DNA of 64,000 nucleotides, from NCBI GenBank assembly GCA_965227515.1, contig CBDDFZ010000001.1, forward strand, positions 1,673,600-1,737,599, written 5' to 3'. The first letter of the stretch is position 1. Every line of letters begins with the position of its first letter. The notes beneath the pieces are model-generated. The model made no database searches, had not been told where the DNA came from, and saw only the letters and a list, made by a program, of their open reading frames with translations. Positions 9,269-18,703 of the stretch are shown here, in pieces. Both the position numbers and the translations under genes were made by a program. The DNA comes from Alphaproteobacteria bacterium (lineage in GTDB: Bacteria; Pseudomonadota; Alphaproteobacteria; CALKHQ01).

Positions 9269-10375
9269 ATGAATGGACCATTTCGAGCCGACCACGTTGG
9301 CAGCTTCCTGCGGCCGCCCCGCCTGATCGAGGCGCGCAAGCGGTTTGCCGACGGCGAGTGCACGGCTGAAGACTTGCGCGAGGTGGAGGACGACTGCATC
9401 CGCGAGGTCGTGGGCAAGCAGCAGGATGTGGGCCTGCGCGGCATCACCGACGGCGAGTTCCGCCGCACCTTCTTCCACGTCGATTTCCTGGAGCACCTGG
9501 ACGGCGTGACCGTGACCGAGGGCAAGTTCGTGGCCAGGTTCCGCAAGTCCGACGGCACCGACCTCGGCTTCAACCCGCCGACCATGAAGGTGACCGGCAA
9601 GCTCGGCCACACCCATTCCATCCAGGGCGCCGACTTCGACTATCTGAAGTCGGTCGTGTCGGCGACGCCGAAAGTCACCATTCCGGCACCGTCCATGCTG
9701 CACTTCCGCGGCGGCCGCGAGGGCATCTCCAGCGAGGCCTACCCGGACCTGGACCAGTTCTATGACGACCTGACCGCGGCGTACCGCGACGAGCTTGCTG
9801 ACCTGGCCGACCGCGGCTGCCGCTATTTGCAGATGGACGACACCAACCTGGCCTATCTGTGCGACCCGGCGATCCGCGCCAAGACCAAGGAGCGCGGCGA
9901 CGACCCGGATGCACTGACCCGGCTCTATTGCCGGCTGGTCAATGATTCGATCCGGGACCGGCCCGACGACATGGTGATCGGCGTCCACCTGTGCCGCGGC
10001 AACTTCAAGAGCGCGTGGGTGGCGGAAGGCGGTTACGAGCCGGTGGCGGAGACGCTGTTCAACGAGATGGACATCGACGCCTTCTTCCTGGAGTACGACG
10101 ACGAGCGCTCGGGCGACTTCGCGCCGTTGCGCTTCATGCCCAAGGGCAAGACCGTCGTCCTCGGCCTGATGAGCTCCAAGCTGGCCGCGGTGGAAAGCGC
10201 CGACGACATCAAGAAGCGCATCGACGAGGCGGCGCAGTACGTGCCGCTGGACCAGTGCGCGCTGAGCCACCAGTGCGGCTTCTCATCCACCGCCCACGGC
10301 AACGAGCTGACCGACGAGGACCAGTGGCGCAAGCTGGAGCGGTGCGTGGAGGTGGCGCGCGACGTTTGGGGCTGA
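9269..10375 (+). CDS. Cobalamin-independent methionine synthase II (MetE C-terminal-like) family protein
   Basis: ORF 9074..10375 trimmed to ATG 9269. FRADHVGSFLRPPRL...ITDGEFRR N-terminus and CGFSS near the C-terminus are typical of this family. Confidence 0.85.
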   Translation: MNGPFRADHVGSFLRPPRLIEARKRFADGECTAEDLREVEDDCIREVVGKQQDVGLRGITDGEFRRTFFHVDFLEHLDGVTVTEGKFVARFRKSDGTDLGFNPPTMKVTGKLGHTHSIQGADFDYLKSVVSATPKVTIPAPSMLHFRGGREGISSEAYPDLDQFYDDLTAAYRDELADLADRGCRYLQMDDTNLAYLCDPAIRAKTKERGDDPDALTRLYCRLVNDSIRDRPDDMVIGVHLCRGNFKSAWVAEGGYEPVAETLFNEMDIDAFFLEYDDERSGDFAPLRFMPKGKTVVLGLMSSKLAAVESADDIKKRIDEAAQYVPLDQCALSHQCGFSSTAHGNELTDEDQWRKLERCVEVARDVWG

Positions 10376-10377
10376 TG

Positions 10378-10404
10378 CCGGCGCCACCGAGCGACGGCGC
10401 CGGT
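10378..10404 (+). terminator. Weak hairpin after the MetE-like gene
   Basis: CCGGCGCC (10378-10385), a 10-nt loop, then GGCGCCGG (10396-10403). Only TT follows, so this is not a classic intrinsic terminator. Confidence 0.25.
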
Positions 10405-10515
10405 TGCCGCTCAGGGGAACGTGCGTTGACGCTCGGGTCCTGAGACGCCACAGTAGATGCATTCTAAATAAGGTCCGGATCGCGAACCCGGTCCACGTTG
10501 GGGAGGATCAATCGC

Positions 10516-11559
10516 ATGTCACTGAACAAAGCCAAGCTGCTCGGCATTCTGGGGACGGCCACGGCCCTGGCCGCGCTGTCCAATGCCGCCAGCGCGCAGG
10601 AGTACACGCTGACCCTGCATCACCTGTTGGGGCCGCAATCGCCGGCGCACACCAACATGCTGCAGCCGTGGGCGGACCGGGTGAACGAGGCGACCGACGG
10701 CCGGGTGCTGATCGAAATCTACCCGGCCATGTCGCTCGGCGGGGCGCCGCCGGAGCTGATCAATCAGGTGCGCGACGGCGTCGTCGACCTGATCTGGACG
10801 GTCAACGGCTACACCGCCGGCCTGTTCCCGCGCTCAGAGGTGTTCGAACTGCCGTTCGTGCACACCAACGATACGGTCGCGACCAACCTGGCGATGGCCG
10901 AGTTGTTCGACGAGTTTCTGGCCGAGGAGTACCAGGGCACCAAGGTGATGTGGACCCACGTCCACGCCGGACAGGCGATCCACATGGTGGATCAGGAGGT
11001 CCGCTCGCCGGCCGACCTGGACGGCCTGGAAATGCGCATTCCGACCCGCACGGGCGCCTGGGTGCTGGAGGCGTTGGGCGCGATCCCGACCAGCATGCCG
11101 GTGCCCGACCTGCCGCAGGCGCTCTCGCAGAAGGTGGTGGACGGGGCGTTGATCCCGTTCGAGATCATCCCGCCGCTGGGCTTGCAGGACCTGACCCAGT
11201 ACCAGATCGAGGGCCACGACTCGATCCGCTTCGGGACCACGACGTTCCAGGTCTCCATGAACATCGACACCTGGGAGAGCCTGCCCGAGGACATTCAGCA
11301 GGCGATCGAGGAGGTCAACAGCGAGGCGTGGCTGCGCGAGGTTGGCGAGATGTGGACGGCGGCGGAGACCGGTGGCCTGAACATGGCGATCGAGGCCGGC
11401 AACACGCACATCCAGCTCAGCGAGGAAGAGATTCAGGCTTTCCGCGACGCGTTGGAGCCTGTGGTCGAGCGCTGGATCGAGGATGTCGAGTCGCAGGGCA
11501 TCGACGGCCGCGCGCTGGTGGAAGCGGCCCGCGAGGCGATTGCGCGCCACGCGCAATAG
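10516..11559 (+). CDS. TRAP transporter substrate-binding protein (DctP family)
   Basis: ATG 10516 follows GGGGAGGA. Signal peptide ending AASAQE; DctP-like sequence; followed by Q and M subunit genes. Confidence 0.85.
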   Translation: MSLNKAKLLGILGTATALAALSNAASAQEYTLTLHHLLGPQSPAHTNMLQPWADRVNEATDGRVLIEIYPAMSLGGAPPELINQVRDGVVDLIWTVNGYTAGLFPRSEVFELPFVHTNDTVATNLAMAELFDEFLAEEYQGTKVMWTHVHAGQAIHMVDQEVRSPADLDGLEMRIPTRTGAWVLEALGAIPTSMPVPDLPQALSQKVVDGALIPFEIIPPLGLQDLTQYQIEGHDSIRFGTTTFQVSMNIDTWESLPEDIQQAIEEVNSEAWLREVGEMWTAAETGGLNMAIEAGNTHIQLSEEEIQAFRDALEPVVERWIEDVESQGIDGRALVEAAREAIARHAQ

Positions 11560-11568
11560 CGCCGTCTC

Positions 11569-12087
11569 GTGACAGATCAGACGTTGACGCGGGCGGGGCC
11601 TCTGGGTCTCGCCCGCTGGGTCATTATGGCCTGGGCGGTGGCCGGCGGGGTGGTGCTGCTCGCCCTGGTGCTGTTCACCGCCATCAGTCTGGTCTCCAAC
11701 AAGTTCCTCGGTGAGTCGCTGCCCGGCGAGTACGAGATGGCCGAAGTCGGCGTGGCCATCGCCGCGTTCGCGTTCCTGCCCTACTGCCAGCTTATCGGCG
11801 GCAATGTCAGCGCCGATATCTTCACCCAGCGGGCAGGCCGGCGGACGGTCGCCATCCTGACCATGATCGGTGCCGTGGTGGCGTTCCTGTTTGCAGCACT
11901 GCTGCTGTGGCGGATGAGCCTGGGCATGATCGACACCAAGGGCTATGGCCTGAAGACGGCGATCCTGGGCTTCCCGATCTGGATCGCCTTCATCCCCATA
12001 CTGGTGTCGCTGTTCCTGCTGGTCGTCGCGTCCTTCATTTCGATCCTGGAAGCCGGGCGCGACACCAAGCGTTCCGCGCAGACCTGA
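11569..12087 (+). CDS. TRAP transporter small permease (DctQ family)
   Basis: 172 aa with four hydrophobic segments, positioned between the P and M subunit genes. GTG start. Confidence 0.75.
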   Translation: MTDQTLTRAGPLGLARWVIMAWAVAGGVVLLALVLFTAISLVSNKFLGESLPGEYEMAEVGVAIAAFAFLPYCQLIGGNVSADIFTQRAGRRTVAILTMIGAVVAFLFAALLLWRMSLGMIDTKGYGLKTAILGFPIWIAFIPILVSLFLLVVASFISILEAGRDTKRSAQT

Positions 12088-12112
12088 GCGCATATCGGGG
12101 CGGACGCGGCGG

Positions 12113-13435
12113 GTGGAATACAACCTTCTCATAGGCCTTGCCGGCCTCGTCTGCCTGATCGGGCTGATCGCCCTGCGCATGCCGATCGCCTACAGCATGA
12201 TCCTGATCGGCGCGGTGGGGACGGTCATTCTCAGCGGGCCCAACGCACTGTTGGGCCAGCTCAAGAGCCTGGGCTACAGCGTCTTCTCCAACTACGGGCT
12301 GTCGGTGGTGCCGATGTTCGTGCTGATGGGCGCGATCGCCACCAAGTCCGGGCTGAGCCGCGACCTGTTTCGTGCCGCCAACGCCTGGCTGGGCTGGATG
12401 CGCGGCGGCGTGGCGATCTCCGCCATTGCCGCCTGCGCCGGCTTCGGCTCGGTCTGCGGCTCGTCGCTGGCCACCGCATCGACCATGGGCAAGGTCGCCC
12501 TGCCGGAGCTCAGGCGCTACAACTACGCGCCGTCACTGGCCACCGGCACGCTCGCTGCCGGCGGTGTGCTCGGCATCCTGATCCCGCCATCTGTGGTGCT
12601 GGTGGTCTACGCCATCATTGTCGAGGCCAACATCGTGGCCATGTTCATGGCCGCGTTCCTGCCCGGCCTGATCGCGGTCATCCTGTTCTGCATCACCATC
12701 GGCATCTATGTGCGCTTGCGGCCCAATGCCGGCCCGCCGGGCGAGCGGGTGTCGCGCGCCGAACTGGGGGCGGCGACCGTGCGCGTGTTGCCGGTGCTGG
12801 TGATCTTCGGCCTGGTCATCGGCGGCATCTATTTCGGGTTCTTCAACCCGACGCCGGCCGCCGCGATTGGCGTGTTCCTGGTCGCGGTCTACGGCATCGG
12901 CCGCGGCTTGGTGCGGCTGCCGGAAATGCGCGACGCGCTGCTGGAGACCGCCAAGACCACGGGCATGATCTATCTGATCCTGCTGGGGGCGGAACTGCTG
13001 AAGATCTTCATGGCGCGCGGGCGCGTGCCGCAGGCCGCCGCCGACATGATCGTCAATTCCGGCCTGTCGCCCTACATGGTGCTGGTTCTGATCCTGCTGG
13101 CGCTGATCCTGCTTGGCTGCCTGATGGACAGCCTGTCGATGATCCTGCTGGTGATCCCGTTCTTCTGGCCGGCGATCTCGGCGCTCGACTTCGGCATGCA
13201 TCCGGACGAGTTGAAGATCTGGTTCGGCATCCTGGCCCTGATCGTGGTCGAGCTGGGCCTGATCACACCACCGGTGGGCCTGAACGTGTTCGTCATATCG
13301 GAAATGGCCAAGGACGTGCCGATGCGCGACACATTCCTTGGCGTGATGCCGTTCTTTGCGGCGGAGATCGTGCGGGTCTCGATCATTATCGCATTCCCGA
13401 CGCTGGCGCTGATCGGACCGCAGCTCCTGCTTTGA
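12113..13435 (+). CDS. TRAP transporter large permease (DctM family)
   Basis: 440 aa polytopic membrane protein with a DctM-like sequence. GTG start. Confidence 0.9.
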   Translation: MEYNLLIGLAGLVCLIGLIALRMPIAYSMILIGAVGTVILSGPNALLGQLKSLGYSVFSNYGLSVVPMFVLMGAIATKSGLSRDLFRAANAWLGWMRGGVAISAIAACAGFGSVCGSSLATASTMGKVALPELRRYNYAPSLATGTLAAGGVLGILIPPSVVLVVYAIIVEANIVAMFMAAFLPGLIAVILFCITIGIYVRLRPNAGPPGERVSRAELGAATVRVLPVLVIFGLVIGGIYFGFFNPTPAAAIGVFLVAVYGIGRGLVRLPEMRDALLETAKTTGMIYLILLGAELLKIFMARGRVPQAAADMIVNSGLSPYMVLVLILLALILLGCLMDSLSMILLVIPFFWPAISALDFGMHPDELKIWFGILALIVVELGLITPPVGLNVFVISEMAKDVPMRDTFLGVMPFFAAEIVRVSIIIAFPTLALIGPQLLL

Positions 13436-13495
13436 GCGGACTTTGATGCGAATGCGCTGAAGCGCAGATACTGCGTGAGCGACAAACACCTGGCA

Positions 13496-13676
13496 TCGTC
13501 GCCCTCGCCCTTGTGGCGAGGGCCCATGCAAGTGCGGGACTCCTACTGTCCGGGGTTTGTTCGAAGTCGATGCAGCAATGCCCGCGGGGCAATTGCCACG
13601 CCGTTCGGCGTCAGCCACCTAATACGTTGGCGTATTGGACGAGAATGGGTCCTCGCCACAAGGGCGAGGACGACGA
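13496..13676. mobile_element. MITE-like ~181-bp element with hairpin-forming terminal inverted repeats, copy A
   Basis: Left end is TCGTCGCCCTCGCCCTTGTGGCGAGGGCCCAT; right end is ATGGGTCCTCGCCACAAGGGCGAGGACGACGA. The internal core is homologous to 20159..20339 and, in inverted orientation, to 38957..39134. Confidence 0.65.
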
Positions 13677-13714
13677 GAGGGAACGTCGGCGGCTCGGCCT
13701 ACGCGAAGAACGAG

Positions 13715-14440
13715 CTAATCGAACAACTGGTCGATGTCGTCCTGCGAGATGCCCTCGGCGCCGGTCGACGGGCCGCTGAGCGCGACATCGTCGTCCATCG
13801 AGCCGTCGTCCAGCGTCACCGGCATCGCCTCCAGCTCGCCGGTGCCCCAAACGTCGGCCATCCGGTTCAGCCGCTCTTCGATGTACTTGATGACCTCGAC
13901 GACCTTGCGGGTCCGCTGCCCGGTGATGTCCTGGAAGTTCGACGCTTCGTAGATCGAGGTGATCGCGTCGCTCATCTTGTCGGTGCAGTTCGCGATGAAC
14001 TGGTCGTCGGAGTTGGCGTCCCGCACCTGACCGATCAGGTCTTCCAGCGTCTCCGCCATCGCCAGGATGGAGGACGTCGCGTCCTCGGTCTGCTCGACGA
14101 TCAGGTCCATCTGCCGGCTGGCCCGCGCAAATTCGTCGTTGGGCGAGTTCGGGTGGCGCAGGGCGGCGATCTCTTCCTTCGTGGTCTTGATGCGATCCTG
14201 CATGTCGAAGACGTCGCGCACCAGCCGGTCTTCGATCTCTTCCAGCTTCGGCAGCGCATTGACCTTCACGTCCAGGGCCTTCAGCGACTCCTGGATTTCG
14301 GCGATCGCCTTCGCGGCGTCCTCGCTCAAGCCAGCGGGGCCATCCTGGTTGGCGGGCGGGCCCAATAGACCGCCCGGCCGCCCGTTCTGTGGCTTCCTGC
14401 GCTCGATGGTGAAAACCTTGCGGCCGGCGGCTGCGTTCAT
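13715..14440 (-). CDS. cheZ: CheZ-like CheY-P phosphatase
   Basis: ORF 13715..14458 trimmed to ATG 14440 (AAGGA SD). SNFQDITGQ matches the CheZ catalytic DFQDLTGQ motif. Acidic C-terminal peptide QDDIDQLFD. Confidence 0.7.
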   Translation of the reverse strand: MNAAAGRKVFTIERRKPQNGRPGGLLGPPANQDGPAGLSEDAAKAIAEIQESLKALDVKVNALPKLEEIEDRLVRDVFDMQDRIKTTKEEIAALRHPNSPNDEFARASRQMDLIVEQTEDATSSILAMAETLEDLIGQVRDANSDDQFIANCTDKMSDAITSIYEASNFQDITGQRTRKVVEVIKYIEERLNRMADVWGTGELEAMPVTLDDGSMDDDVALSGPSTGAEGISQDDIDQLFD

Positions 14441-14564
14441 CGCGTATGTCCTTGCCAAATACGAACGTCGGTGCGCGCGCTACATGCGGGCGCACAAGTC
14501 AGCTCGTAGAATGCCAGAGCGCGGTGAAGCTTCCGTAAATTGAACGTTCCGGGCAGGACACAGC

Positions 14565-16382
14565 TTAACGCCCGGCGGCGTATCCCTGGGAAAACCTGGG
14601 GTTTGCGCCGGCGCGCAGCACGCCGTCGTCGCAGGCCACCGCGCTGATCCGGCCCAGCGACCAGTCCTCTTCCACGGTCACGCCGTGGCCGCGCCGTCTG
14701 AGATCGGCCACGGTCGCGGCATCGAACCGGCCCTCGACGGAGAGCTGATTGACCATCGGCTGGCGCGGATAGAACGACGACGAGAAGTGCTTCACGTCGA
14801 ACATCGGGGTGTCGATGGAGGCCTGGATGCCCATGCCATGGTGCAGCCAGCGCAGAAAGAAGGTCAGCGACCACTGGTCCTGCTGGTCGCCGCCGGGGGT
14901 GCCGAAGGCCAGGTGACCCTTGCCATCGCGCAGCGCCATGCTGGGCGTCAGCGTGGTGCGCGGGCGGCGGCCCGGCGCCAGCACGGTAGTGGCTCGCTCA
15001 TCGAGCCAGAACATCTGTGCGCGCGTGCCCAGGCAGAAGCCGAGCTCCGGAATGGTGGGCGAGCTTTGCAGCCAGCCGCCGCTGGGGGTGGCCGAGACCA
15101 TGTTGCCGTCGCGGTCGACGACATCCAGGTGGCAGGTGTCGCCCATCGCGCGGTCCCTGACCGCGTCGCGCGCCGCATCGTTGTTCGCGACGTTGGCGAA
15201 GGCGCGGGTCGGCTCGTTGGCGGCGGCCATCATGTCGCCGGTCAGCGCCGCCGGGTCCAGCATCGGCAGGTAGGGGGTCCGTCCGCCGGGCGCGCCGGGG
15301 CGATAGGCTTCCGACGCACTGTCCACCGCCACGTCGGCGCGCCGCGCCGCGGCGTAGCTGTCGCTCAACAGGTCATCCATGGGGACGTCGGCGAAATCCG
15401 GGTCGGCGTACCAGGCATCGCGGTCGGCGAAGGCGAGCTTGGCGCATTCCGCGACCGTGTGCACGAAGTCGGCGCCGACCGGGTCCATCGCCGCGAGGTC
15501 GTACTCCTTCAGCAGTGCCAGTTGCTGCAGGAACACCGGCCCCTGGCTCCAGGGACCGGGCTTGCAGATGGTGAGCCCGCCATAGTCGTAGGTCAGCGGC
15601 GCCTCGACAGGCGCCGACCATTTCGCCATGTCGTCGCCGGTCAGCACCCCGGCGTTGCGCTGGCCGGAACCGTCCATGTAGGCGTCGCGGCAGAAGCGGT
15701 CGATCGCATCGGCGACGAAGCCGCGATAGAACGCGTCGCGCGCGGCCGAAATATGCGCATGGCGGTCGCCGCCGGCCGCCTCGGCGGTCTCGACGATGCG
15801 GGTGTAGGTGGCCGCCAGCTGCGGATTGCGGAACAGCCGGACCAGCGAGGGCGGATTGCCGCCGGGCAGGTAGAGTTCCGCCGACCCCGGCCATTCGTCG
15901 CGGAACAGGTCGGCCACCGACGCGATGGCGCCCAGAATGCCCGGCACCAGCGGATAGCCGTCGGCGGCGTAACCGATGGCCGGCGCCATCACCTCGCGCG
16001 GCGTCATGGTGCCGTATTCGGCCAGCATGGTCATCCAGGCGTCGAACGCGCCCGGCACGCAGGCGGCCAGCAGGCCGTCGCCGGGGATGATGCCGATCCC
16101 CTGGGCGCGGTAGTGTTCCAGTGTGGCGCCGGCCGGGGTGACCCCCTGGCCGCAGATCACGTCGGTCTCGCCCGACACGGCGCGGTGCGCGATGATCGGC
16201 AGGTCGCCGCCGGGGCCGTTCAGGTGCGGCTCCACCACTTGCAGCACGAAGCCGGCTGCCACCGCCGCATCGAACGCGTTGCCGCCCTTCTCAAGCGTCG
16301 CCATGCCGACCGCGGTGGCGAGCCAGTGGGTGGACGCCACCATGCCGAAGGTGCCGGTCAGTTCCGGTCGAGTGGTGAACAT
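14565..16382 (-). CDS. ggt: Gamma-glutamyltransferase family protein
   Basis: ORF 14565..16820 trimmed to ATG 16382 (GGAGG SD). GMVASTHWLAT...GGNAFDAAVA N-terminus. GDTCHL nucleophile region. Confidence 0.9.
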   Translation of the reverse strand: MFTTRPELTGTFGMVASTHWLATAVGMATLEKGGNAFDAAVAAGFVLQVVEPHLNGPGGDLPIIAHRAVSGETDVICGQGVTPAGATLEHYRAQGIGIIPGDGLLAACVPGAFDAWMTMLAEYGTMTPREVMAPAIGYAADGYPLVPGILGAIASVADLFRDEWPGSAELYLPGGNPPSLVRLFRNPQLAATYTRIVETAEAAGGDRHAHISAARDAFYRGFVADAIDRFCRDAYMDGSGQRNAGVLTGDDMAKWSAPVEAPLTYDYGGLTICKPGPWSQGPVFLQQLALLKEYDLAAMDPVGADFVHTVAECAKLAFADRDAWYADPDFADVPMDDLLSDSYAAARRADVAVDSASEAYRPGAPGGRTPYLPMLDPAALTGDMMAAANEPTRAFANVANNDAARDAVRDRAMGDTCHLDVVDRDGNMVSATPSGGWLQSSPTIPELGFCLGTRAQMFWLDERATTVLAPGRRPRTTLTPSMALRDGKGHLAFGTPGGDQQDQWSLTFFLRWLHHGMGIQASIDTPMFDVKHFSSSFYPRQPMVNQLSVEGRFDAATVADLRRRGHGVTVEEDWSLGRISAVACDDGVLRAGANPRFSQGYAAGR

Positions 16383-16641
16383 GGGCGGGCCTCCGGTTGC
16401 GATGCCCCCATCGCGATATCGGTGGGAGGCGGGTTGGGGGTTGCAGCATACAGCAACCCGGGCCCCTTGCGGACCTTGCGGCAGGCAGATATCACAGGCG
16501 CCCGAAGGAACATATGCGTGAAGCACATGCGCACCGAAAAGCACGCCGACACCTGCCTGTGTTCCGCGCGATGACGCGGCTCCATTACGCGACAACGCGA
16601 CCAGCCACCCAGACAACGCCCACGCGACTGCGACGCTGACC

Positions 16642-17514
16642 ATGAAATCGTTCGACTTCGGCAAGGTCCTGACGGCCAGCCTGAAATTCACCTTCGTCGA
16701 GTGGCGCGCCCTGATCGCCTTTGCGCTGATCCCGTACATTCTGCAGATCGCGGCCCTGGTCGGCCTCAGCCTGGTCACCAGCAGCGCGACGCAGGAATTC
16801 ATGGTGCAGCCGGGCGCCACCTACGAGATGAGCGGCTTCGTCATCACCAACACCGATACCGGCGAGCAGTTCGACTTCGGGCCCCTGGTCACCGATATGC
16901 TGCTGTTCGGGCTGACCATGCTGCTGGTGCTGCCGGTGCTGGCGGTGCCGTTCAAGACCGCCTGGATACGTTATGTCGTGCTCGGCCCGACCGAACAGCC
17001 GGTGCGGCTGACGTTCCTGTTCGGCCCGCGCGAGTTCCGCATGCTCGGCTACACGATCCTGATGTGGCTGGCCACCATCGGCATCATGCTGGGCAGCAGC
17101 ATCGCCGGGGCCGTCGTCGGCATGGTGGCCGGGCCGTTCGGCGCCATGCTGGGCATGTTCGGCGTCGGCTTCCTGGGGATCTGGGTGCTGGCCAGGCTCT
17201 ATTTCGTGTTCCCCGCGATCGCGCTCGATCGACCGACCAACCTCAGCGTGGCCTGGGCGCAGTCGGCAAAACAGGGCATGAAGATCATCGGCATCACTGC
17301 GGTGGTCAGCCTGATCTTCATTCCGGTCGCCTTCCTGCTGGTCACCATTGTCCCGTCCGATTTCATCCTGGTGGGGCAAACGACACAGACGCTGGTGGTC
17401 ATGTTCATGGACGGCGCGCTGTGGGCCTGCCTGGGGCTCGCCTACCGCGACACCACGGCCGGCGGCCCGGCTATCGCTGCATCACCGCCGCCGACCGGCA
17501 ACCCGTTCCGCTAG
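16642..17514 (+). CDS. Polytopic membrane protein, function unknown
   Basis: 290 aa with 5-6 hydrophobic segments and codon bias like its neighbours. No family recognised. Confidence 0.55.
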   Translation: MKSFDFGKVLTASLKFTFVEWRALIAFALIPYILQIAALVGLSLVTSSATQEFMVQPGATYEMSGFVITNTDTGEQFDFGPLVTDMLLFGLTMLLVLPVLAVPFKTAWIRYVVLGPTEQPVRLTFLFGPREFRMLGYTILMWLATIGIMLGSSIAGAVVGMVAGPFGAMLGMFGVGFLGIWVLARLYFVFPAIALDRPTNLSVAWAQSAKQGMKIIGITAVVSLIFIPVAFLLVTIVPSDFILVGQTTQTLVVMFMDGALWACLGLAYRDTTAGGPAIAASPPPTGNPFR

Positions 17515-17520
17515 GCCGCC

Positions 17521-18591
17521 GTGACCGTTTTGCCGGCGGACGAGGCCGCGCGGCTGCTGGCGGCGATTGCGCCCCATCTGCCCGACACGGCATCCAGTTC
17601 CGGCGCGCTCGATGCCGAGGGATTGGTGGCGGTGCCGGACTACGGCGCCGGGCATCGCCATGTGGTGCTCGGCGAGACGGGGCTGCTGGCACGGATTCCG
17701 CGCCGGGTGCCGGAGGGGTCCGACCCGGCAGCACACCTGGCCTACGAGGCAGCTTGTTTCGCCCGCGCGCAGGCGAGCGGTGCGACCCCGCGCTGTCATG
17801 GCGTGGTGCCGCCGGGCCCGGACCTGCCCATGGGCGCGTTGCTGGTGCAGCGGATCGAGGGCGCGGTGCCGCGATTGCCGGGCGACCTGCCGGCGATTGC
17901 GCGCGCGCTGGCCGCGCTGCACGGGCTCGCCCTGCCGCGGCCGGACGACCGCCCGCCGCTGCCGGAGAAGACCGACCCGGTTGCCGGCACCGTCGCCCTG
18001 ATCGCCCGCCAGGCCGGTGCGCTGGAGGCGGCCGGCATCGACCCGGCGAGCGTGGCGCTGATCCGCGAGGAATGCGCCGCCGCCGCGCGGCTGCCGGAAG
18101 CCTTCGCGGGCCGGGCACCGCCCATCGTCCTCGCAGGGGTCGACACCCATCCGGGCAATTTCCTGATCGACGGTGCGGGCCATGCCTGGTTCGTCGACCT
18201 GGAGCGCGTCGCCTACGACGCCGGTGCCATAGACATCTGTCACGTGACCTTGCCGACCTCCACCGGCTGGGACATGCGGGTCGCCACCACGGTCGATGCC
18301 GACGCGGTCGGCGTGTTCGAGGCAGCGTACCTCGCGGCGCTGCCAGCCGACCTGGCGGCGGCGACCCGGCCGTGGCTGGGCCGGCTGCGCCGGCTGACCT
18401 GGCTGCGCTCGCTGACGTGGTTCGCCCAGTGGCGGTCACGATGGCGGTCACGCCAGCGTTCCAGCGGCAACGCAACGGCTGCCCAGGCTCCGGACGAAAA
18501 AATTGTTGCCCACATGGCTGCACACGTGGACGCGATGCTGAGCGCTTCCCATATAGAGCGCATGCGCGACGCCCTGCCGACGTTCGCTTGA
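17521..18591 (+). CDS. Phosphotransferase (APH/choline-kinase fold) family protein
   Basis: THPGNFLIDGAGHAWFVDLE matches the kinase catalytic loop and DxE/DFE motifs. GTG start 7 nt after the preceding gene. Confidence 0.7.
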   Translation: MTVLPADEAARLLAAIAPHLPDTASSSGALDAEGLVAVPDYGAGHRHVVLGETGLLARIPRRVPEGSDPAAHLAYEAACFARAQASGATPRCHGVVPPGPDLPMGALLVQRIEGAVPRLPGDLPAIARALAALHGLALPRPDDRPPLPEKTDPVAGTVALIARQAGALEAAGIDPASVALIREECAAAARLPEAFAGRAPPIVLAGVDTHPGNFLIDGAGHAWFVDLERVAYDAGAIDICHVTLPTSTGWDMRVATTVDADAVGVFEAAYLAALPADLAAATRPWLGRLRRLTWLRSLTWFAQWRSRWRSRQRSSGNATAAQAPDEKIVAHMAAHVDAMLSASHIERMRDALPTFA

Positions 18592-18607
18592 CGCTCAGGC
18601 TTTAATT

Positions 18608-18703
18608 CTGCGCCGGCCCTCTCCCCCACCCGGCCACCCGCTAAGCATACTGTCCCAGGGGACCATTGGGGGTGGCCGGGTGGGGGAGAGGGCTGGTGCC
18701 GAC
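18608..18703. repeat. REP-like palindromic element, copy 2
   Basis: Arms at 18608-18639 and 18668-18703. Near-identical to 5527..5608. Confidence 0.8.
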
